From Entomortierella parvispora E1425 (taxonomy: Eukaryota > Fungi > Mortierellomycota), in contig BQFW01000006.1 of NCBI GenBank assembly GCA_020891255.1, positions 744,001-808,000 on the forward strand: a stretch of 64,000 nucleotides of DNA, given 5' to 3'. The position numbers and the translations under genes were made by a program. Below the pieces are notes generated by a model. The model searched no databases. It saw nothing but the letters and a program-made list of their open reading frames with translations, and was not told the origin of the DNA. Positions 44,186 to 55,991 of this stretch are shown here, piece after piece; within the stretch, counting starts at the first letter, position 1; each line of letters opens with the position of its first letter.

Positions 44186-47100
44186 CTACTCCTCTGCTTC
44201 TCGCTTGACTTGATCGGGGTCATTCTCCATTTGTCGTTTGACTTGATCCTGTCCTCCCTCTGACCAATTGAGTGGCGCCTTTCGTTTGACTCCGCGAGCC
44301 GTGGATTTGACACTTAGTGTGGCTTCGGGGGAAGAAGGTACCCTCTGTGCGCTGAGCACCGTAGCACGTCTGCCCCCACGACCATCCTCCCACGGATATT
44401 TCCCTTCTGCATCCACAGGTTGAAGGTAACGAGGCCGTTGCTGTTTGGTAATGTGCCCCTGAACAACATTCGCTATGTTGTGCCCACCCATCACATCTCT
44501 GTGAAAGTAGGTCTTACAGTAGGAACAGTACAGCCGTCGAATGTTCACTTGGCCGACGAAGTTTTCACAGCCCGGACACTTTTTGGAGGTGTAATACTCG
44601 TTAACACCAACCACTATGTATCCAAGCGACCGTGCCTAGAAAGCAATTGATGTTAAACTTGATATAATGATATGAAAAATAAAAAAAAATAAAAAAGGAC
44701 CAGAGCACTATACCTTTTGGACAAAGTATGACTGAAAGGTCCCATGGAGGGAGGACAATCTCATTGTCGAGGAGAAGTCACCAAGACCAATACCAATGAC
44801 AACCTTGTTTTCGGGATCTCTTTTTGATCCCAATGACCCTCCAACAAGACTCAAAAGTTGGTTTGCGATAAGCCTATATTCTTCCACCTTGGCTTTCTGG
44901 GCGTTCCATCTGTGTTTTTTCAGAACGACATTGTCATAAAACTGTTCGAGCGGGGCACCCTTTTCTTTCAAATGCTGGACGTAATCCTTGATAGATGCCT
45001 CTGGACCACGAACAGGTGGTAGACTCGATTCCAAGTCGGCAACCGACAGTGTTCCTCCCAAAGTTTTTTTTTTCCTATGCTCTAGCCAGCTTCTGTGTCT
45101 AAAGACAGGTTGGTATACGGCCTTTTGCTTTACGGACAGGTTGAAAAAACGCTGCTTCGCAGGAATGGCAGTTGCTCCACCTTGTGAAGGTAAGATAGCA
45201 CTAGCCCCAACAACGAAGGCCTGTCCTAAGTCGATTCCCAATATTTTGATCTTCTCAGGATCGACGCCATCGCCCCAGAGTCGGTGGACATCTTCCTTGG
45301 ATTTGACGACATTCCTGATCTCCGTCAGATAGTAATCCAACCCACCCAAAGTAGAGGCAATGCGGTCAGGTAGCTTCTCTGGAGCAAGACGGCGGTACTT
45401 CACACAATTCAGCTCGTTGAGTTTGAACCCAAGTACTTGAAGACGGAATCCATCTGTCCTAATCGACCCTCGTAGGAGATATCCGTTGGCGGCATAGGTC
45501 TTGGGATCGAAGGTCGCTTGAGATATGTTGCTCAGATGAGTCATAACTTCTGGAAGTGACATGGTCCTTGCTGACCTTGAGAAGCTCCTCTTCTTTTTTC
45601 TCTCTTCCGCGCTGTATCCCCCGATGTCGGACAAGAGGCTGTTGATGAGTAGGCCAGGCTTGGAATATCCTAGCCACATCGCAACAACATCTTGGGTGAT
45701 TTTCTCGAATCGATGGACGTTAACCGTATGGAAGGCGAATTTCTGCAACTGTTCTTTCAAGGCCTGGTCCTGCCAGAAGAGCTTTATCAAGTCAAGCTCT
45801 GAGATGTTAACAAACGTGCTGTCCATAGGTGATATCGGGGTAACACATCGTTTGGACCCTGTGATTCGGTTTAGGATGATGAAGTTCTCCACTGGAGATA
45901 GCTTCAAATCGATATTGTCCACCGTGTTCGGAGGCAGTATACCCTTCTTCTTAAGAGCACGAATCTGAATAGGAGCACGCGAGGAGGTCATTAATACTTG
46001 AGAGAAAGAAATATTAACCCGAAATCGGCAGCAGGCGCAGACTATTATTGTTACCTTTTTGCAAAGATCAAGAGAGCCATGTTTGTAGTGCTTCATATAC
46101 TCAATAGTAAGATTCAGCGCAGTTGATTGAAGAACAGAAGAAGAAGGATATGGCCCTGCCGCTATCGATATGAGGACGAGGAGACCAAACGATAACATGT
46201 TAGATAGAGAATAGAGATGCTCAGGCACATGCAGACAAACCATTTAGTCATAGTAAGCACTTGATGACATCAAATTTACCATTGCCATTCTGCGGAGGCA
46301 AGAAGTCCTTTGCTTTGATCAGGAATTCGCGAACCGCACACACTGAATCCGAGTCCCCCTTTTCTTTCTTCACCTTTGCCTTGTCAGCGTTCGATGCGGT
46401 GTTTTTTTGCTCAACCGAGGGTGTTTGGTCGCTGGAAGACGTTTGGTCGGTGTAAGACAATTGATCGGTGGAAGACGATTGATCGGTCGAATGAGGCTTG
46501 TATTTGGCCTTAAATGCAGCCAATCTTGCTGTCTGTGACATTTTCGGAGGTTCCGAGTTGTAAATGCTCGACAGAAGTGACAAGAAAAAACTGGAGAGAC
46601 TTGTTCTTCTTAAACATCTCGTCATCTGCCTCGACGCTGGTCGTATTGAGCTCATTGCGTTCTCCTGGATCCTCGTTGTCTTCCAAAGCAGATCCCTCAG
46701 CAGGAAGCTTGTCTCCGGCAACGAAGGGCTTGCACAACATGCCAAGGATAAGCTTGTCATTCTTGTCAAGATTATCCATAGACAGGGTCTCCAAGTATTG
46801 CCCTATTGCTAGCTGGCATGCCCTCTTCGTCGCTGTCGCCAATCGTGCAACATTTGACAAGCAGGTCTTAATTCGAGGCAAATGTGACGCAGGAAGCAAC
46901 GTCCTTTGTAGAGCTCGAGTGACATTCGCGTTTAGAGTGCCTACATCCATGACTCGAAGGGGATGTTGCCGCTGGAGCTCCTTGACAAGCCGCATCTTAT
47001 CCATTGTCCGGAAATTAGGCGGATCTTTTGTCACACTCTCGCTTGATTTCGTTGTGGTGGGAAGCACAGGTCGAGGGGGAGGTTCTGTCCACGGCTTTAA

Positions 47101-48527
47101 AGTGTACTGCTTCAGAACATCTGGGGGGTCGTGCTCAATGATGCGGGACCTCGTTTTGATGGCGTACCGCTGGCGATATTTGTATTTCCTGCCAGACGCG
47201 TGAGGAGATGGCGAAATTGCAGGTTGACTGTCGACAGTGTTGTACCGATTAAACTTATACTCAATATCGCCAGTATGGGCGACGGGCAGGTTGGAAGAGG
47301 ACCTAGAAGACGATAATGATACCTTGTTAGTGACTGGAGAACACAGTCTTGCTTTCAAGTGCTGAAGTGCTGAGTGAAATGAAGAAAGTCCATACCCTTC
47401 ACTCCTAACAGTCTTGAGTTGGCTCTGCAAACTTCTCAGCCTCGCAGTTATTTCTGTCAGAGACGGGGAAGAACGCGGCTGATTCATCGTATCCTCATAA
47501 CAGGCTTGGGGCAGCAGAGTTTGATCCCAAAAGGTAAATTCTTGTCGGGCAAATACCTTCAGGGCCGAGTCGAAATATGAATTGCCAGGATCCTTAATGA
47601 TCACCTCCGGATGGGTCAAATAGGCACGAATCAATTCGTTGACATCTAATGGGGGGTCTTCACAAAATAGGGCTGTTAGTTGGTACTAAAGCATCCATCA
47701 TGGCAATGCATTGGTGGGAGGGACCAAAAGTACATAGAACAGATGTTACCTTTGTCACGCAATGATTGGAGGACCTCATAGTTGGTGACTATGCCCATTT
47801 GCTTCAAATTGCAGGAGTAGTCGTTCCGACAAACAACACCAAGAGCTGTGAGACCCGCCCTGGTTAGCTGCAAATGTATTAACAGCTTCGGGACGTCGTA
47901 CTCAAGGTATCCTCCCCTGGCAAGTGGCCTCCAAATTGTAGTGATCGAAGAAAGATGGACGAGACTATCACTGTCACCAGAGACAACAATATCCTCAGTG
48001 CGGCAATTGAGTGCAATCTGGATGTCAGCCTCTGATGGACATTGAATGACACTCCAGCCCTTTGCTATTAAGAATTGAGCAAGCGACTCGCGAAGGTCGG
48101 CAGAGAGATAAAATGCTGCGTTAAGCCCTTTGTTGAGTTTCCTGAATTGCTGTTTCTTGAGCTTCTTTTTCTGCCGAAACATATCCTCCATCTCATGCAA
48201 CAGCGAGTCCGCTTTCGTCAGGGATGTTGAGCAACGAGCCTCACGCAAGGCTCTTGTTGCGCGTTTCTCCTCTGGGGATGGTCCGTCCATATAGAGAAGA
48301 GTCGTTGCTGGAGGAAATTTAAGAGACCGGAGCTTCATCTCGAAGATGGAATTGGCCATCACTGGGTCGTGTTTGAGGAATGTGCGGCGAATGAGAGGGT
48401 ACATTGAGCCCAAAATATCGACATGAAAGGTTGTATTCGGGGGCCGAGAATGCTGGGGGCAGTTGGAAAGAACGTCGGGGAAGTATCCCTTCTTCTTGAC
48501 GAACGGCCATAAGAAAGGGACGCCCAT
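44186..48527 (-). CDS. XPG/FEN1-family (PIN-like) nuclease - Fanzor RuvC fusion protein, ~1330 aa, 5 exons, one +1 homopolymer frameshift
   Basis: Exon 1 48527-47750: MGVPFLW, FHVDILG, YMDGPSPEEK, SEADIQIA, SGDSDSL, GVVCRNDY. Phase-1 intron 47749-47673 joins it in frame to the next exon. RuvC-I ILGIDLG (D 45230-45232); last exon from 44635 ARSLGYIVVGVNEYYTSKKCPGC...YCSYC...HRDVMGGHN. A6 run at 46585-46590 has one extra base. Confidence 0.88.
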
Positions 48528-48881
48528 AGCAAAAGGCCCGGCGGAAGATAAAGGGCAACCAGGGATTGAGCGAGGAAGTAAAGGTGTATAAAAAATATGT
48601 GGGTGGTTGGGAGGGTGGGTGGAAGAGGGGAGGTCAGAAGGAGCGACAGAGCAGAAGGAAGTTGGGAAGAAAGGCGTGTCTTTTAAGAATCCTGGTGAAG
48701 GAAGGATGGGAGTGGGAATTTTTTGCCACCACTTTTGTTCCCAGTTCAAATTCAAGCCACTTGGTTGCACAAAATAGTTTGTGTTCCTGTTTTCATTTTT
48801 TTCCCGCCTTCCCGCCGCCGCGCTTCCCGCCACCGCGCTTCCCGCGTTTGTCCTCTTGCCTCCTGCTCCATTGCATGCCCC
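48528..48881. promoter_or_regulatory. Divergent (bidirectional) promoter region between XPG-Fanzor and MULE transposase
   Basis: 354 bp between head-to-head ATGs (48527 minus, 48882 plus); TTCCCGC x4 GC repeats at 48801-48845. Confidence 0.6.
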
Positions 48882-51634
48882 ATGGCCAGCCTTCGAGTGA
48901 AGGACATCCTCCTGCAGCCCGAGGACTTTGATCCCCGCGAGATATACACGCCCAACAACATTTCTCAGGAGCACGAGATCTGGAGGGCATCACTCTCCAT
49001 CGAGGAATTCAAAACGTTTTGGCATCGAGAGCGGACAGCAATTCAATTTGAACATCGTGTTGAAGGAGGATGCAATCACCATCTCTTGAAAGGTGACCCA
49101 AACGCCTTACTTCCAACCTACCGCCCTGCACCTCCCTTTGGTAGCGCTCCAGGGGGACAAAAGAGGTTCGATTGGAGTTTCCGCTTCACATGCAGAAGGT
49201 ACAGGCAGATCAATGATAATTTGACCATCAAACGCACATCCGTTGGACAGAGATGTCCTGTTTCTATCCGGATGAAAAAGCCTGTAGGGAGAGAGCTTGT
49301 GGTTGTAGAGTATCAATGGAGACACAATCATGACGACTCCGCGGAAGCACGAGCCAGAATTCCATTGAGCAGAAACGAATTGATGTGGACCAAGTCCCAG
49401 GCAAAGAACAACCAGAGGTGGACTTCAATTAAAGATCTTCTCCGTCCAGTTAACCAGGCAGCGATGTCCTTGGTAAGCAAGGTCCCAGACTTTGAACGTT
49501 AATCAGTGAAGAGGTATTTCCAACTGATGTACTCATATTTCCGTTGCTGTGATTTAGCTCGCGAGCACGACACCAGGAAGCCCGTTGAGCCCTGCTGCAT
49601 ACATGAAATACAAGCATGTAAAATCTGCCATCTACCGCTCAAAGACGTCTTTGTCCCGTAAAAGTATTAACCCCACCCTGAGTATCAAACTTTGGATGAA
49701 TGATATTCAAGCACATGGTGGCAAGAGTACGTTCGTCCCGAAAGTATCAGGGATCGACAATAATTACTTCTTTGCCTGGTCTACCAAATTTCAGCTGGAG
49801 GTAGGCATTGCTTTTTGATGTCTGTGTTTCCCATACCATACTCCCACTTACAAACACTATCCATGTTACTTCGTTGACCAGATTATGGCTAGGAACACGG
49901 GGATCGTGTGCATGGACTCTACTCACAAGACAGTTAAATCACTGTTACCTGATCCTAAGGATAAAAAAAGCGTGCCCTTCCGCGTACCTTTTCACCCTCC
50001 TTGTCCGAGATCGTCAGGCAAACTGTGGAGTGCCCGTGGCTTTTATGGTCTGCAATTCAGAATCCATGTAAGTTTCAGAGTATACCACAACTGATCCATT
50101 GCATTCTGAGGATGCAACAATGAACTAAATGGCCTTTTTTTTTTTTTTTAGAAATACTCTGAGACTCTGGCTAAAATGGGTTTCCGATCACTGTGGTATC
50201 AATGCAACCAAATTCATGGTGGATTGCTCCCAGGCGGAGTCAGAAGCGATATATCAGGCCTTCATGACCTCGGTAGATATTTACTATTGTACATTCCATG
50301 TTGCTCAAGCGTGGGAGAGGAAATCCAAGGAACTGTACGGAGTAAGTGTGTGAGAAAAGTGCGTTGCCGCCCGGGTAACAGATTTTGTGATGAAGCAATT
50401 AATTCTCATGTTGCAACAGGTCAAAGTCTGTAATGATTTACGTGGGCCACTGAAACGGATCCGAACCGCCGAAACTGAGGAGGAGCTTGCTAGAAGATGG
50501 GACAGCTTCACAGAAACATACAAAAAATACGACAAGATGATCAGTTACTTGAGAGCATGGATGACACCTGAGAAAAAAGTGAAGTGGGTGCTGTACATAA
50601 GAAAAGTAAAGTAGGCCATGGTTTGCAGAAGGACTGAAAGTCGAGTCAAGTTTGTATGACCTTTACTCTCTAACCATTTCAGCACTTCTTTCAAATTAAA
50701 CTAGGACTATCAACATACAAATACTAACAACCTTGTGGAGTCCTGGCACAAGACATTGAAGAGACGGCATTTGCAAAAGAGACGTAATTTACGTGCCGAT
50801 GACTTGGTGTTTATATTGCAAGGAAAAGTGGATATCGATTTTCAGGACACTTTGTTCAAAATCTCCCGAAATCTTGTTGAGAGACCACTGTCGACGTATG
50901 ACAAAGAAAGAAAGAGTAAAGCGATGGGTCTGGAGCATACCACTGCGATTCAGATGGTTAGATTACAGCTCCCTGCCATCAAGGTACCTCCACTTGCTGT
51001 TGCAAGTTTTTCTTTTGCTCCGCTCATCACGGTCACTTGCTTAACAGCTTCATATTATCACCCTACACTTCCTTAGTTTGATGTTCAATCCTTTCGATCT
51101 GCAGCTACATGGTATTCAATCCGTGTAGATAGAGACTTCAATCTCATCCTTGCATGCACATGCTCTGATTACCGCCAACATCTGTTGCCATGTAAGCACA
51201 TGTACCTTGTGGAAAGATTTCACGAAAGCATGAAGATATCATACACAGGAGAGCCAGCTGACGACCCCGAGGATGTGCTTGTTGATGAGCTTGCTATTGG
51301 GGAATCCCTGGAGCAAGCCAACCAAGACCTAGACATCTTTGGTCCCGATCTGGAAGCAGGGATTGGTCCCTTGCTCCGGCTTCAACTTGACCAACAGCGG
51401 GCCAAGGAGCAAGAAGCTCGTAGGGCTGCCAGAGAACAGGCCGTCCTTGCTGAATTTGAACACAATAAGGCGGAACTGAAAGATATGGCGAATCAAATTG
51501 TTGCGACTGTGGAGGCGAGAAAGGGGCGAAAATGTACCTTGGAGTATCTCAAAAGTACTGTGGCGGCTTTAAGAAACACTGTGTTGGAGATCAAGGGTCT
51601 TAACTCAGGGAACACCGGGCGGACTTGTCAGTAG
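48882..51634 (+). CDS. MULE (Mutator-family) DDE transposase with SWIM zinc finger, multi-exon, one +1 homopolymer frameshift
   Basis: N-terminal FAR1/WRKY-like C..C..HNH segment; catalytic VCMDSTHKT, KFMVDCS, YCTFHV (CxxH), TNNLVESWHKTLK; SWIM CTCSDYRQHLLPCKH. A7 at 49963-49969 has one extra A relative to the frame encoding YLFTLLVRD...GVPVAF. Confidence 0.92.
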
Positions 51635-51805
51635 TGGATGGATCAAATAAAGGGACTTAAAGTCAACGGCGCGTCGATTGACCAGTTGTCGATTGACCAT
51701 TGTCCATTGTCCATTGTTCGATTGACGATGGCGGGCCTTGTCGGACTTCGAAGGGGTCAAGCAAGAAGTCACGTTCCGAGCCATAGAAGCAATTGTGCCA
51801 TTTCC

Positions 51806-51814
51806 CCCCCGAAA
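51806..51814. repeat. 9-bp target-site duplication CCCCCGAAA, right copy
   Basis: Directly follows the right TIR ...gtgccatttcc. Confidence 0.92.
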
Positions 51815-53261
51815 TGTCGACGTCACCGGTTTGAATTGGTCACGTGATAGCGAGACTGCACAGAAAATGTTGTCGCATTCTCCAGCAGGAACAGGAAGAG
51901 AACCGCGTCGTCTGGTGAAGCGCGCGTGCCTACTGTAGGTGTCAGCTAGGAAGAGGGATGGGGAAGGTAAGGTGCCTGAAAAGAATGCTCGGGGAGGTTG
52001 GACAAACATGCGGCTTCCAGCCTGCCAACACGACGGGACAAAGCAAGCAACAAGGGAAGGAAAAGGCAGCAGGCAAGCAGCAGGACCGCGGACAATTTAT
52101 CCTGTGTGTCTGTTTGCATGCTCCTGCTGTGCAACCATCGAACATCAAGGACACCTCTCCCTCTGTTCTTTCTTTTTTTGCCCTGCCCTGCCCTTCCCAT
52201 CCTCTCTTTCCTCATCCCATCCTCTTCCCAATCGTAATCATCTTCCTCTCTTGTCTCTCTCGCTCTCTCCCCTCCTCCTCGACACCCCGCCCTGCCAACA
52301 ACTGCCCGCCTCCTTTTTACTCCCTCCACTCACTCCTATTTCCACTCTCGTCCAAGTCGACAGTCAATCCTGACTGACCGCCATCCCCCCCCCACCATTC
52401 CCTCGATTCCACAACTCACCGCCTCTTTCCCTTTCTAAACTCGACCCTGCAACTGTGCCCCCAAGCCAGCTTGCCTCTCTTCCTCCTTGTCCCCAGCAGC
52501 CCCCTGCATTTACACCAATTGGGCTTATTCAGTAGACCCCATCCCTTCCCCCTTTGAACCACACTCGCTCGCATATTTCCGCCCCACAACATTCCATCAG
52601 ACAGCTCCTCTCTTCCTCTTCCTTCCTTCGAAAACCCGAACCAACCGGAACCAGACGTGGCATTTAGGGCATTCAATCGACCAGTCGCCATCCTTCGCAT
52701 TCTGCTGCCCTTTCTTCAGCACTAATCCAGCCAGCCAAGCCAAACCCTGGCCATTACGCCTTTATCCCCCTAATACGGCCCCATCATATACATAATGTCA
52801 CAAGACACGCCAGTACCAAGGTAATGAATGACCTTTTGAATCCACATTCTCTCTGTTCATCCCGACGACAACCGCACACATCCAACCACCCAGCAGTAAA
52901 GAGGCCGCCAGCGGGCATGTTGGGACAGGAAGGGACTCTAAGGATACAAGCAAACTAAGCACACGCTCGACAGCAGGAACAATAGGATACGAGTGACACT
53001 TTGGCTCCTGGCCAGCTGGACAGGCTGGCAACCGTAGCACGGAGGATACAGGGAATGACCTCACCTCGGGCACACCGTCGCTGTCGATTCCACGTGCGCC
53101 GCGGCTCATCTCTGCCATGCTCTCGGAAGGATGGACAGAGGAGAGAAGACTGCCTCGCTGACACCACTGAACGAGGATGTGCCTTGAAGGGCAGCTAGCT
53201 TACTCCACCACTGCCAAGCTCCAATGATCTAACACACCTCTGCTGCTCTTGATATCCCTTC

Positions 53262-53262
<1 letters not shown>

Positions 53263-53298
<36 letters not shown>
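53263..53298. repeat. (CT)n microsatellite upstream of nudE
   Basis: Read directly. Confidence 0.85.
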
Positions 53299-53300
<2 letters not shown>

Positions 53301-53717
53301 CCCTCTGTCTCTATCTATCTTATCACTCTCCCTGCTTCCTTTGACCGCGTCTGAAACCCGCGTCCGCCAACCGCGTCCTCCCGCACCTGTGATCCGTCGC
53401 TGCCTGTCCGCGCTATGATAACAAACCTGCTCTCTGCTCGGTGCCCGTCTCTCCATGCTCATCACTTTCAATGAGCCTCCTTGCTTTCATTCGACACTTT
53501 TTCGGTCTATCTTTATTGCCCTTTTTTTCTCATTGTCCTGATTGTTCCTGCTCGCTTGGCTGTGCTCTATCTCAATCTCTTTCTTTTGCCACGAACGAAC
53601 GTGCTTTGCTGCACCTTTCCTTCTTTCCTTCTCTTCTGTCCCTTTTTCCCTTCAAATTTCCGACACGCCTCGCGCTTTGCTCGACCTCTGGACGAACTTG
53701 ACTCCACTTTGGCGCAA

Positions 53718-55748
53718 ATGGCGGCTTTGACGACCACCCTCAGCTTTCAAAATGTCGAAGAGGAACTTGAATACTACAAGAACCGATCCAAAGATCTAGA
53801 GCTTGAACTAGAGGAAACAAAGTTTGCACTCGAAGAGTTCCAACTATCGTCCAAGGAACTAGAAGAGGAACTCGAAAAAGAGATTGACTCCACGGAACGA
53901 CGGTGCAATGAGATCAAAATTCGCAATGAAGGCATGAGACAAGAAGTCGAGGACTGGAAGGTATGTTTGCAGCATGGACAGCACTGCATTTCCCTTCCGC
54001 ATTACATGTATTTGGCGCAGTACAAGGATCACAGCTTCTTTCGAAGGGGAGGGAGGAGGTGCATTGCTTTTTTTGCAGGGATTGCAGGGGCACTGAAATG
54101 ATCTCATCATGCCCTTGTGAACAGTTACCGCGCCTCAGCATACTTTTTCTCTAGAACTGCACAGCGTGTTACGAAGAGCGATGGCTGGTTGAGAGTCCAT
54201 TGTGACTCAAAGGTCTCTTGCAGCTGCTAACTTGTGATTCTTTTTCCTCGCGACGATAGGACAAATACCAGCTCGCTATGAAGGACTCGAATGTACACAT
54301 CAACCAGTTGACAAAGCAACTAGAGGATCTCAAGCAACAAACAGAGATGTTTATCAAAAAGGAACGGGAACTGGAACAGGACAATGACGATTTGGAGCGC
54401 AACGGAAGGTATGACGGGCAAAAGTCCTCGGGATATATTTCTGCTCCGCACTTTCTTTGTCGACTGGGACGGGAGTTTGCCTCGTGCTGCCGAGAAGAAT
54501 ATTTCATGGGTCAGTCATAGGCAAGGACAAAGGCGATACGGCAGACATGTGCTGTACGACGTGACTTTTGGTCCAGTGGGGTTTAATGCCTAGTTTTTCA
54601 GATTAATTTTGAGACCCTTGTGTTTTTGAGTTTTGGGCCTGGGTGTTGTTTATGTAACCCGCTTGGGCGACATTGAAATTGTGGATGGGCCGTGCTGACC
54701 TTTTTTATTTCTATTTTCTGCTGTTTGTGTCCAATTTAGAGCTGCAGAGTGGTCTCTAAAGGAGATGGAACGAAAGTATAATGTGGCTCTGGAAAAGACT
54801 GTCATGTTGGAAGGCGAAGTGGCTGCCAAGATCGCCATGCAAGAAGAAGTTCAAAGACTGAAAGACGAGCTCAGAGGTAAAACGACGCAAATTGAGTGGA
54901 ACCATGACTTCTCACTTTGGAGACGTTGAATGACTTGAAACTGATCCTTTTTTCGCATTTACTTGTATAAAGACGCAAATGTGGAGCTGGCGGTGATGAA
55001 ATCGAACCAAGCAAATCTTCATGGATCGACGGCAAGCCTGAGCTCTTACAGTGGTAGCACATCGTCTTTGGCGGAACGCAAATCACCTGCCATAGGAAAC
55101 CACGAAGCCATGCCTTCCATCCGAGCACGTCTAGCCAAAAATGGTGCTGCAAGAGCAGCGGCAGGAACACCAACATCTCGCCACTCAGGAACAGCAACAG
55201 GGTCCAACGGAATGACAACTCCACATCAAAACCCGGTGAAGATGGTGCAAGAGATGGTCGGACGCGTAAAGGTAAGAAAATGGACACTGTTGCCAAGCTT
55301 GAATCGTCTTTATGCAGTCTCGCTTTCGATCTTCTTCTTTAAAAATGTATCAAACACGAAGACTACCAAGCACCAACAAGCAAGTACAATTCTGACTTAT
55401 CCACTCTTGCTTCCTTTTTATACTGTCTTTGTCCCCGCTCCACTTCAAATTGTCCCCGTCACTCCGATCGCTCTTACTGTCTGATCCTGCACCCAATATT
55501 GCATTCGACAGTCTCTGGAAGCGCGTCTCGTATCCTGCAGATCGCTAGTGACGCCACTTCTCCAACCACCCCCCTCTTACTCGACCTCCATCCCTGTCTC
55601 GACTCGCTCTTCACAGCACAGCAGTAATGGATCCCGGCCAGGATCACCCAACTACTCCTCGCTCTCGAGTCCCAAAGTTAGCCGAAGGACGTCCTTGATT
55701 CACCAGCAGCACCGGTCATTGAATGGCTCGGGCACCATCAGCTCCTAA
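53718..55748 (+). CDS. nudE: Nuclear distribution protein NudE/NDE1 homologue (multi-exon)
   Basis: EEELEYYK...LEEFQLSSKELEEELEKEI; LEQDNDDLERNGR; LKDELRDANVELAV; NPVKMVQEMVGRVK|SLEARLVSCRSLV. Confidence 0.92.
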
Positions 55749-55991
55749 AGGATTTTATCAGAAACCGGGGTCGACTTACATGCACCCACTCGTCAGAGGG
55801 ATCACTATTTTTGTATTCACGCAATGTCGATCATGTAAAAATAATAATGTAGAGAATAATTGAAAAAGAAGAATAAAACATTGAACGATTTCCAAGAAAA
55901 CGCTCAGGAACAGCGCTGGGGGATGAATTGATATGTTTTATTCGTTGTCGGATTCTTTTAAAAAAAATGTTGATGTCCTTGTGGCTTCTCT

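Larger units (their letters stand above)
44060..51805. mobile_element. Mutator-like (MULE) DNA transposon, 7746 bp, carrying an XPG-Fanzor fusion gene
   Basis: TIRs GGAAGTGGCACAATTGAATCTAT (44060-44082) vs GGAAATGGCACAATTGCTTCTAT (revcomp of 51783-51805), 20/23 identical; 9-bp TSD; MULE DDE-SWIM transposase inside. Confidence 0.93.

Noticed and set aside
48528-48974. ORF-track N-terminal extension of the XPG ORF (start 48974)
   Set aside because: XPG/FEN1 proteins begin MG[VI]; the MGVPFLW start at 48527 fits, and the extension overlaps the divergent promoter and the transposase start
49963-49970. AAAAAAAG as a classical IS-type -1 programmed frameshift
   Set aside because: The conserved downstream frame needs a +1 shift, not -1
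51815-53717. ORFs upstream of nudE
   Set aside because: CT-rich promoter/5' UTR-like sequence with no coding signature
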